Of a DNA stretch of 40,071 nucleotides, positions 1 through 7,706 are shown in pieces. The stretch comes from a virus. The notes beneath the pieces were generated by a model, which had not been told where the DNA came from, ran no database searches, and was given only the letters and a program-made list of their open reading frames with translations. Numbering within the stretch: position 1 is the first letter of the stretch; every line of letters begins with the position of its first letter. The DNA lies in the UHGV virus genome UHGV-2079066; one strand, written 5' to 3'. Made by a program: the position numbers and the translations under genes.

Positions 1-73
1 ACGTAGCGCAGCCTGGTAGCGCACCGTCATGGGGTGTCGGGGGTCGGAGGTTCAAATCCTCTCGTGCCGACCA
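1..73 (+). tRNA. tRNA-Pro (anticodon GGG inferred); first ~4 nt cut off by window edge
   Basis: seen: D-arm GCGC/AGCCTGGTA/GCGC, anticodon loop A-T-GGG-G-T, T-arm GGAGG/TTCAAAT/CCTCT, acceptor 3' strand CGTGCCG then A-CCA ending at 73. known: pattern matches recalled enterobacterial tRNA-Pro. Anticodon stem has one U-U mismatch, so isotype is not certain. Confidence 0.75.
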
Positions 74-77
74 AAAA
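25..77. repeat. att core direct repeat, left copy (inside intact tRNA 3' half)
   Basis: seen: 53 bp identical to 39995-40047 (cgtcatggggtgtcgggggtcggaggttcaaatcctctcgtgccgaccaaaaa); identity breaks at 24 and 78. Confidence 0.85.
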
Positions 78-89
78 CTCCTTTAAGAA

Positions 90-113
90 CCAGCCTTTAT
101 GGCTGGTTTTTTT
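90..113 (+). terminator. rho-independent terminator after tRNA
   Basis: seen: stem ccagcc / ggctgg with loop tttat, followed by T7 run (107-113). Confidence 0.7.
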
Positions 114-203
114 ATGCCTGTTTTCTGAACGGGGAAGCAACGGGGAATAATCGGGGAAAAACCCCGACACAAAACATCGACTTTACCGTAAAGTTTCAAC
201 TAT

Positions 204-593
204 TCACATCACCGGGCAGTCATCAAACTCCGCGTTCCTGGCATCATTAATGATGTACGTGATCACCCCGAATATAGCGGGTGCAGAACTGTAACCGTCA
301 TCATCTACTGGCAACGCCTCCCTTCTCCCGTTCTCCAGATTAACCAGGTGGGGTTGAGGATGAGTCCGATATCGCTTGATCCTGAATTCCCCGTCTATCG
401 CACATATCAGCAGCGAGCCATCACAGGCTGAAAGTGAGGCATCAACAACAAGCAGCGCCCCCTGAATTATCCCTTCCCTGAAATGTGAACGCGATGCACG
501 CATGAAATAAGTCGCTGCGGGCTGGCTGATTAACTGCTGATCGAGGGAGATTCGTGTTTCAACATAATCTGCAGCAGGTGAAGGAAAGCCCAT
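204..593 (-). CDS. UmuD'-like protein (peptidase S24 fold, UmuD family), begins at the post-cleavage Gly
   Basis: seen: ATG at 593-591 preceded by AAGGAG gives M-GFPSPAADYVETRISLDQQLI...ATYF...ASRSHF...LLVVD...IDGEF, collinear with recalled E. coli UmuD from residue G25 onward. The track ORF extends 6 codons further to a GTG with no SD. Confidence 0.7.
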   Translation of the reverse strand: MGFPSPAADYVETRISLDQQLISQPAATYFMRASRSHFREGIIQGALLVVDASLSACDGSLLICAIDGEFRIKRYRTHPQPHLVNLENGRREALPVDDDGYSSAPAIFGVITYIINDARNAEFDDCPVM

Positions 594-685
594 GATCTGC
601 ACTCCTTTCACTGTTTTTATATACAGTAGTTTTAAAGGGGTTGCAGATCAATGAGGCGACACCTATCAATCTACGCCACCGGGGG

Positions 686-3049
686 TTATTTGAATTTACG
701 AATCAACAACTGAGTGATCCGCACCGTCCTGGCAATGTTTCTCGTTGCGTAAACTCCGCCAATAATCCCACCGCCGCAGAACTTCCCCTGCGTCCAGTCT
801 CCCGTATAGTTCAGGACAGGGGTGTCGATAGTCTCCCACCCGTCGTAGACCTTAACGGTCTGAGTTGTAGGCGAGGTTTTTTCGCAGCGGATGAGGAACT
901 TTCTTGCCCTATCGGTGGGACTATAAACATCGTCTATCCCGGCCTGGATCTGAGGATAGGGAGCGGAACCCTGGTATGGATAGCGCAGCTGTAGCAGGTT
1001 AAATGTTTTCGACGTGGCATACAAAAGCAGGCAATTATCCTCCTGATAATTATCTGCAGCTCCCGAGTTTCGGTTGAGGGACTTCCCGCCAAAGAAAAGA
1101 AAACCCGTATCCGTGTCGAAGAAGCCCTCAACCAGGATTTCAACTTTGTCACCTACCTGTCCAATATCAGCGCAGTTTGTGCCGTCAAACATCTCAGGAT
1201 TCATGAACGCCACGCGGTTATTTGTGGCATCCGCCTCGAAGCGGAAATCGAGAGGCCCGGTTTTCTCCAGCGCATTCACCTGAATATAATTTGGCGCGCC
1301 GTAGTTGTTCACGTAGCCAAAGGTGTCCCTGGCCTTCCAGAACGGATTGAACTCAAACCAGCCGCCCCAGAATGCCCCGAGAACTGTCGCCGATGGCGCG
1401 ATCACCTGGATACGGTTAAGCCCGTATTTCAACTTGGTAAGATAGAATGGACGGTCTGTCGCGTTGATGGCTGCTTCGTTCTCTCCGGTGTCCGGAAGCT
1501 CTTTATCGTAATAGGCGGAAGAGTTACCGAGTGAAAAGACCCTCACGCGCGGCAGCTGGTCGGCTGCATATGTAGATCCAATATTGCTGTTGCCAAAATT
1601 GCGGTATATCAGGGAATCCTGATTACCCTCGCTCCACACGAAGAAGTCAAAGATAACCTCGCTCGCCACATAGTCTGCGGCCTGGATGTACCAGATCCGC
1701 GGGAACCGCGAGTATTTATATCCCTCCGACCCCGTATCAGGAACCCAGCTGGAATTGTAGTCCTTCGAATATCGCATCCGGCTGTCCATCCAGCAGATAC
1801 GCTCAATATCAGTACCGTAGCAGCGAAGAATGTCAGGCATAAACGACTGAGCGACAAAGGACGCTTTCATCGCATGGCCAACGTCCCCCCAGTGCAGGCC
1901 GTCAGGCTGGAGTTCATACTGGTTGGAGTAATCGCTGTTTTTGGACATCCATGTTTTTTGCATGAAGTCCTGATCGATAATGGACACCCCCAGCACCTCC
2001 GCCATGTATTTTTTCGCGGCATCGATCTGGGCTGCAGCTTCTTCATTGTCACGCCCGGAAGTACCAGAGTTCCAGCCGTTGTAGGAGCGCCAGTTTGCAT
2101 CGCAGGTCGTTAGTACGGGTGTGGCGCCGGCTGCGATAACCTTCTTCATGACCTCGATTGTTTGCGCGATATGCTCGGTGATTTTATTTCCTGCGTCTGT
2201 AATATCGTTCAGCCCGAAGCTGATGATCACGATATCCGGGTTAGAAGGAATATAGGGGTTTTGCAGGACGATTTTATCAAAGTAATAATTTACCCAGCCG
2301 TTCTGCATTTGCTGGCCGGAATACCCAGCGTTATAAACGCTAATGTTGTTGTTACGATGGTACTGCCGAAGGATTGTCTGCAGTCTGGCACACCATGCAT
2401 TGGGCGCTTCTGCGTTATGGTCACTGTTGGCCAGAGGTGCAGTGGCCCACGGGAAGCCAGTTACAGGCGTGGTGGGGTTTGCCGTCCACCCCGTGGAGCC
2501 ATTACCATCACCGGTCGAATCGGCTATGCTGGTAATAATAACCGTCTCTCCGGCATGCATTTTTGCTGCCCAGTAATCCAGGGTTTTAATATGTCCCTGA
2601 AATAATGGTGCCGCAGCACTGAGAATTAACTGCCGAAGAGAGGCATCGCCTACGGAGACAAAATGGGAAGAGTCAGTTGTATCCCACGAAGTTTTTGTTG
2701 TCCCGGCTGTTTTATAAGGTGGTTTGGTACCAGCAGACAGCTTATAGAATTCACCGTCATAACGAATCAGCTCATTGTATTCAGAGACAGTAATTATGCC
2801 GTCTTCATAATCTCCAATTACGTCATAGCCCGCATTTTCAATAAAGGTGCGAAATCGCGTTTCCTGATCAGCTATCTGATTATTGAAGTCATATTCCATT
2901 CCACTCCACGATTTACGTATCCGACCCAGCCTGTCGGTCCATGTTTTGTTGGTAATTCCATTTACCGCCTGATCCAGGTTCTGAGCGTTATCACGTAAAT
3001 CGCGTGGGTCAGTTGAACCCGGCGGGTTAAGAGTGTTGCATGGTGCCAT
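686..3049 (-). CDS. tailspike / tail fiber with central SGNH-hydrolase (esterase) domain
   Basis: seen: 787 aa from ATG 3049 (SD GGAGA); SGNH blocks ADSTG (Ser), NAGYSG (Gly), GLND (Asn), DGLHWGD (Asp-His). Last gene of the tail operon. inference: N-terminal ~150 aa is the virion-attachment region. Confidence 0.75.
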   Translation of the reverse strand: MAPCNTLNPPGSTDPRDLRDNAQNLDQAVNGITNKTWTDRLGRIRKSWSGMEYDFNNQIADQETRFRTFIENAGYDVIGDYEDGIITVSEYNELIRYDGEFYKLSAGTKPPYKTAGTTKTSWDTTDSSHFVSVGDASLRQLILSAAAPLFQGHIKTLDYWAAKMHAGETVIITSIADSTGDGNGSTGWTANPTTPVTGFPWATAPLANSDHNAEAPNAWCARLQTILRQYHRNNNISVYNAGYSGQQMQNGWVNYYFDKIVLQNPYIPSNPDIVIISFGLNDITDAGNKITEHIAQTIEVMKKVIAAGATPVLTTCDANWRSYNGWNSGTSGRDNEEAAAQIDAAKKYMAEVLGVSIIDQDFMQKTWMSKNSDYSNQYELQPDGLHWGDVGHAMKASFVAQSFMPDILRCYGTDIERICWMDSRMRYSKDYNSSWVPDTGSEGYKYSRFPRIWYIQAADYVASEVIFDFFVWSEGNQDSLIYRNFGNSNIGSTYAADQLPRVRVFSLGNSSAYYDKELPDTGENEAAINATDRPFYLTKLKYGLNRIQVIAPSATVLGAFWGGWFEFNPFWKARDTFGYVNNYGAPNYIQVNALEKTGPLDFRFEADATNNRVAFMNPEMFDGTNCADIGQVGDKVEILVEGFFDTDTGFLFFGGKSLNRNSGAADNYQEDNCLLLYATSKTFNLLQLRYPYQGSAPYPQIQAGIDDVYSPTDRARKFLIRCEKTSPTTQTVKVYDGWETIDTPVLNYTGDWTQGKFCGGGIIGGVYATRNIARTVRITQLLIRKFK

Positions 3050-3063
3050 TGTATTTCTCCAGC

Positions 3064-3088
3064 ATAAAAAAACCCGCCGGAGCGGGTT
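3064..3088 (-). terminator. hairpin plus U-tract between J-like gene and tailspike
   Basis: seen: minus strand reads aacccgctccggcgggttttttt immediately before the tailspike SD. Confidence 0.5.
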
Positions 3089-3106
3089 ATGCAATTAAGG
3101 GTGTTT

Positions 3107-6100
3107 TCAGGAGACATCGCCGGGGTAGCTGGCGTCATCGTACTTATATTTATCGGGATGGTACTGAATGGCTGAAATACTGCTGGTCCCATCACCTCCG
3201 GGAGAAATCTCGCCAACCAGCGCGTCATACCCGACACGGGATGACGAACAGAACAGCAGGCGCGGCGGCTCAATGTACGGACTGTCCATCTCCCATTCTT
3301 CCGGTGCCAGCGCGGCGCTGTATGGAATACGCAGGGTGTAATCATCGATGCGCGTCGGAACCTGTAGCGGCGACGCCCGTCCGTCCTGGTGGCGGATCAC
3401 CACCCGCGGATTTGGAAAACTCCAGTCCGGCGGCTCGCTGACCGACATGATGATCGCTGTGCTGTCCCAGCTCATTTCAGTGATGAGGCAGCTCAGTGTC
3501 TGGTTACCGGGAATATCATCAGTGAGGATGATGCGGTCCATAAACTGGTAGCAGAGCGCGTCCATCTCCGTACTGGTCGTATGCTGCAGGCGCTGGAGCT
3601 GGTATCCGCGCAAGCGGCGCATGCCAATACGGTACGCCCGATCCTGATCCACAACCCCTTCCAGCCTGTAGTCTTCCACCTTCACTGGCGTGGAGTTTCC
3701 GGGCTGACGGCACTGTACGGTTTCTTCTGCCCAGGTCGTGCCGTTGATATACGTCACATCCACGCCGTCATAATCGTCCTGGCTCGGTGCCTTGAACGCG
3801 GTCTGAAGCTCTTCAGTAGTCTCCTGAGGGGTGATCATTCCGGTCCAGTTTTTCACGCCCTCCCGCCCGGCGGATACCAGTCCATCTGACAGCAGGAAAT
3901 ACCCCATCCCTGCGCCGGTAATAATTTTCAGCACCTCGAGTGCCGACTTACTGTCACCGGTGGCCCAGTCGAACGTTTCCCCGCGAGGGGTCCACCAGGT
4001 CTGCTCGAGGGCGTCAATCGCTGCGCGGTCAATTTGCTCAGGGCGGAAACCCAGAGATTCCAGAACGTGATACAGCGCCCCGCTGATACTGCGCGAAGCG
4101 TGTCCGTTATATAGCCGTGTGGGAGTGACGTTAACGCGGCGATCGGACTGGGCCGCCAGGCGGTTACCGGTCCGTACCGTCATCGCAAGGGTCGTCACAC
4201 CGGCATAGCTCCCCGGGCGTCTGCTTAACCGCGAGCGCATCGCCTGCCAGTAAAGATTGTTCACCGTCCTTGCGCCGCCAATTTTTGTCGTGCGCCGCAC
4301 GCGGACTTCATACTGTGCTGCCGCCAGCCCGCTGATGCGCCGGGTATAACCGTGGCCATCTGCGGTTTTGTTGGTGAAGTTATAAACCACCTGCGACCAG
4401 GCTCCCGCAGAGGCGGCATTGCGGTACTGAACCAGAACCCGCACGGTGTGCGACTGGGGATCTCCGTTCTTTTTGTACTGGATGTGGCCATTGGGGAAAA
4501 TGAAGTTATTCTCGATGGCAGTCGTGGTTTCTCCGTCCGGACAGGCAAGGAAGGGCCCCAGCCAGGCGTAATCATCATTCACGCCGGTGACCTGGGCATC
4601 GAGCAGCGTACGCTCGGTGAACCCCGGCCAGGTCGGGTCCACGGTGACAACATCATTACCACTGGTGTCCTGGGTGACGACCACCCGCTCAACCGTGATG
4701 GTCTGATCATCAATATCGGTAATGCGGAACTGGCCGTCGGCATAGCCGATACCGATCCGCTGTACGCCATCAGGGATGCCGGTGAAAGGCTTGCCTGTCG
4801 CACTGTCATACGCCAGCGTGATATTTGCCTCAACCGCCGCGGTACCGCCCGTCGAGGCCACCCCGGTAACATCTACCGTAGCGCTGCCGAATACGGAGAC
4901 CGGAAGAGCGCTGTGACTGATGGCCCCCCCGGCAAACGGGCTGCTTTCCTCGGCAATCTGCAGCCGGCCACCAGTATCGCGCGCGATCAGGCCGGAACCG
5001 GTGAGCTGGTTTGATATGGTATTAACCAGTCCGGACATCGTGACGTAACTGGTAATGAGTGAGATAGCATACGTCGTGCCTTTCCAGCCGATCGTGAACG
5101 TAACCGGCGTTGCCGTGAAATCGTACGTGGTGGGCGCGGCGCTGGCGGTAATGCTCGCTGTCGAACCACCCACCCCGGGCACCGCCGGAACGCCTGCTGC
5201 GTAACTGGCGATATACAGATCATAAGCCGACTCATTAAACGTCACCGAGACAGGCATGCCTGCAGCTGGCCGTAGCTCAGCAACATCACCATAAATCACG
5301 CTGTACCCGCCGGCATTGGCAACCCGGTAGGAGTTTGGTGCTACTACCGTGATTACTGTGCCAACAACCCAGGCCGCCGGGATCTCCGTTTCACCGTCGC
5401 TGGCCGTGGCCGCAATCAGGGAAAGAGTGTTACCGCTCACCAGAATGGCATCAGAGATGATACTGACCGTCTGCGGGCCGGTTGAGCCGAGGTCGAGGCC
5501 TGCGGTACCCGAAGTGGTATTCCCCACCTCGCCGCTGTTGAACCAGTTCTCGGAACGACTATCGGCCGCAACGCTGGCACCCGGTGGATAGATGGTGGCG
5601 CTGACATCACTGCCGAACGCGGATGCTGGCGTGGAGCCAATGCGTATCGCCGACGCGGGCAGTGCCATGTCGCCCACCCCCACGCATAAAAACATGCTGG
5701 TCACGTATTTTTTGGGATCGGCGGAATCGAAGCGCGAAACCGGCTGGACGACGTAATCCGGCCACACCTTATAGCGACCAAATATCTCCCGGATGGGATC
5801 GCCCAGTTTTGCCATATTGGCCTTTGCAGGGTTGAGCTCGAGTTGATCCCCGTTGCCGGGCTGGCTGGCGCCGCCGGTCTGCATGGTGCTCATCATGTAG
5901 ATGGAGTAGGCGGCAGAGGCGACGGCTATTGCCACTGCCGTCCAGACCAGCCAGGCTGGCGCCGCCGGGCCAAACGGAACGGGATACAGGCGTACATCAT
6001 CATCCGGTGCGATAATCTGCGCACTCCACTCATTCGGAGGGATAGACACACCATTCAACTCCAGCGCCACCGGGTGGGTCATGTCAGGCTGCCAGCCCTG

Positions 6101-6199
6101 CACGTTTCTGGTGAACCAGTCGGCAATGGTGGTGCTGGCGTGCTGATGCGACTCCAGCGGTTCGCCTTCGATTCGGGAGGGATAAATTCGGATCGTCAC
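3107..6199 (-). CDS. central tail fiber / host specificity protein (J-like) with gpI-like N-terminal domain
   Basis: seen: 1030 aa; N-terminus has a hydrophobic segment LVWTAVAIAVASAAYSIYMM and a ...NMAKLGDPIREIFGRYKV... stretch resembling recalled lambda gpI C-terminus, then ~850 aa of tip protein. Position after K-like gene. Confidence 0.75.
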   Translation of the reverse strand: MTIRIYPSRIEGEPLESHQHASTTIADWFTRNVQGWQPDMTHPVALELNGVSIPPNEWSAQIIAPDDDVRLYPVPFGPAAPAWLVWTAVAIAVASAAYSIYMMSTMQTGGASQPGNGDQLELNPAKANMAKLGDPIREIFGRYKVWPDYVVQPVSRFDSADPKKYVTSMFLCVGVGDMALPASAIRIGSTPASAFGSDVSATIYPPGASVAADSRSENWFNSGEVGNTTSGTAGLDLGSTGPQTVSIISDAILVSGNTLSLIAATASDGETEIPAAWVVGTVITVVAPNSYRVANAGGYSVIYGDVAELRPAAGMPVSVTFNESAYDLYIASYAAGVPAVPGVGGSTASITASAAPTTYDFTATPVTFTIGWKGTTYAISLITSYVTMSGLVNTISNQLTGSGLIARDTGGRLQIAEESSPFAGGAISHSALPVSVFGSATVDVTGVASTGGTAAVEANITLAYDSATGKPFTGIPDGVQRIGIGYADGQFRITDIDDQTITVERVVVTQDTSGNDVVTVDPTWPGFTERTLLDAQVTGVNDDYAWLGPFLACPDGETTTAIENNFIFPNGHIQYKKNGDPQSHTVRVLVQYRNAASAGAWSQVVYNFTNKTADGHGYTRRISGLAAAQYEVRVRRTTKIGGARTVNNLYWQAMRSRLSRRPGSYAGVTTLAMTVRTGNRLAAQSDRRVNVTPTRLYNGHASRSISGALYHVLESLGFRPEQIDRAAIDALEQTWWTPRGETFDWATGDSKSALEVLKIITGAGMGYFLLSDGLVSAGREGVKNWTGMITPQETTEELQTAFKAPSQDDYDGVDVTYINGTTWAEETVQCRQPGNSTPVKVEDYRLEGVVDQDRAYRIGMRRLRGYQLQRLQHTTSTEMDALCYQFMDRIILTDDIPGNQTLSCLITEMSWDSTAIIMSVSEPPDWSFPNPRVVIRHQDGRASPLQVPTRIDDYTLRIPYSAALAPEEWEMDSPYIEPPRLLFCSSSRVGYDALVGEISPGGDGTSSISAIQYHPDKYKYDDASYPGDVS

Positions 6200-6750
6200 T
6201 TATAGAACTCCACTTTGACGTACTGCCGGAGAAATCGGGCCAGAGGTAATATGGTCACGTTGCGTTTAGGGTTAGCCTCGAGGACGTGCAAAGCGCCATT
6301 AACGGTGACGGCGATTCCCAGATGCGTTACTAGTCCCGCGGTATAACACGCCGCTACCGCACCCTCTTCTGGCTCGCATTTTTCGATACTGCTGAGGAAG
6401 CCGTTGCAGGTGTCATTCATCTGAGAGCCTTCGTTAATAACACCCTCAAAAACAGGCCAGTCCGGCAGACCTAGATCGCGCCTCACCTCATGAATTACGC
6501 CATAACAGTCGAGAACCGGGTAATCGCGGCCGCCCATCTGCCATGTAACCGAGAGGTATTTTTCAGGATTAAACCGACCTTCTCTGGAGGATGAATTCAT
6601 TTTTGAGGCGTTTGATAAGCTCACCATTCGGCTCCTTAATCTCTTTTCTTCCTCTGCTCGTGTGATGAGATCAGGCTGGTCGTGACATTCATGGTGGATA
6701 TTACGAGGATTCTCTGACGGCAGCGGATTTCCGGTATTGTATTTAGCCAT
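6196..6750 (-). CDS. tail assembly/tip protein with NlpC/P60-like Cys-His motifs (gpK-like)
   Basis: seen: ...DCYGVIHEV... and ...GLVTHLGIAVTVNGALHV... resemble NlpC/P60 Cys and His motifs; lies between L-like and J-like genes. Confidence 0.5.
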   Translation of the reverse strand: MAKYNTGNPLPSENPRNIHHECHDQPDLITRAEEEKRLRSRMVSLSNASKMNSSSREGRFNPEKYLSVTWQMGGRDYPVLDCYGVIHEVRRDLGLPDWPVFEGVINEGSQMNDTCNGFLSSIEKCEPEEGAVAACYTAGLVTHLGIAVTVNGALHVLEANPKRNVTILPLARFLRQYVKVEFYK

Positions 6751-6759
6751 AATGATTTC

Positions 6760-7248
6760 CTACTGCAGGTAACGAAGTCCCGGGAAGTCCGGCAGCGTGT
6801 AACGGTAGCGCGGCCATGACGTATCGAGAATGTTCATGTAGCCGGCGGTGATCTGCACCTCCGTTGCTGTCCAGGAACCCTCTTTAATCGCGAGGGTGAA
6901 CGGGGGAGCTGCGGGTGCTGACAGATCGGTGGAGACGTACCGTCGAAAGGTCAGTGATGCATTGCTCAAATTGTCGAGCGCATTACGGATCGCCGTTGAT
7001 ACAATGCCGTCGATATTGCTGATGGCGAATTTTAGATCCTGCGTGCCGTCGGCGTTGCGCGCTGGCAGCGCCACATCAATGGCAGAACCGGTGAATGTCG
7101 CCTCGCTGCCCGTTTCCAGGGTAACAGTTATGTCATCCCATCCGCGGGTCAGCCAGTAATCCTGACCACCAACGGTGATTTGTAGCGTGTCCAGGATGAC
7201 CTCATCACCACCGGATGCGTAAAGCCGGTTGAGAACCGCACTGGTCAT
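6760..7248 (-). CDS. minor tail protein, gpL-like N-terminal domain
   Basis: seen: VILDTLQITVGGQDYWLT resembles recalled lambda L motif VVLWEIDLTEVGGERYFF. ATG at 7248 overlaps upstream stop (ATGA); the track start at 7260 is a GTG. Confidence 0.5.
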   Translation of the reverse strand: MTSAVLNRLYASGGDEVILDTLQITVGGQDYWLTRGWDDITVTLETGSEATFTGSAIDVALPARNADGTQDLKFAISNIDGIVSTAIRNALDNLSNASLTFRRYVSTDLSAPAAPPFTLAIKEGSWTATEVQITAGYMNILDTSWPRYRYTLPDFPGLRYLQ

Positions 7249-7706
7249 GCTTCGGGCCACTCCTTATTCAGCGCCAGATCGATAATGTCAGAACCAGCCA
7301 CCATCTCGGGAAATAATCCCCAACCTGGCGGCAATAGTGGCCGTTCCCACAATTCCAGCGTTGCGGTAAATTGCCAGAATTTACCGCTTGCCAAAATTGG
7401 GCCCTGATAAATATCTACAAAACGACACTTATAAGGTTGAATCCCCAAAGGAGTTTTAAGGCGCATATAAAACCAGGCAACACCATCTGTAAGAGCGTCC
7501 CGAAACCATGCCTCAAATAACTGGGCTTCATTATCTCTCTTAAATGACCATTTCACGCTCGCTTGCGTAGGAACCGAGCTATAAATTCGGCGTTGCCTGG
7601 AACGGCCTGAGGTTAATTTGGTACGAAGAAAAGGACTTATGGGCTCGAGCCCAAAACCATCTTTTAATGGGATCGGTAATTCTTTAGGGTAGAAAATATC
7701 AGCCAT
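7245..7706 (-). CDS. minor tail protein (gpM-like position)
   Basis: seen: 153 aa immediately after tape measure gene, start overlaps its stop. Weak theme similarity to lambda M; assignment is mostly positional. Confidence 0.45.
   Translation of the reverse strand: MADIFYPKELPIPLKDGFGLEPISPFLRTKLTSGRSRQRRIYSSVPTQASVKWSFKRDNEAQLFEAWFRDALTDGVAWFYMRLKTPLGIQPYKCRFVDIYQGPILASGKFWQFTATLELWERPLLPPGWGLFPEMVAGSDIIDLALNKEWPEA

Noticed and set aside
1-73. Alternative reading of the tRNA anticodon as CAT (Met/Ile-type)
   Set aside because: It would need the D-stem 3' strand to overlap the anticodon stem; the GGG reading fits standard geometry apart from one U-U mismatch.
204-611. umuC partner gene or a full-length UmuD with N-terminal arm
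   Set aside because: No umuC-like ORF in the window; the SD sits before the internal ATG, not the upstream GTG.
641-994. Plus-strand ORFs overlapping large minus-strand structural genes (e.g. 641-994, 2162-2605, 4352-5014, 8963-9595, 14269-15243, 17547-18611, 18639-19667)
   Set aside because: Antisense shadow ORFs inside long genes with strong family similarity on the other strand; no SD and odd composition.
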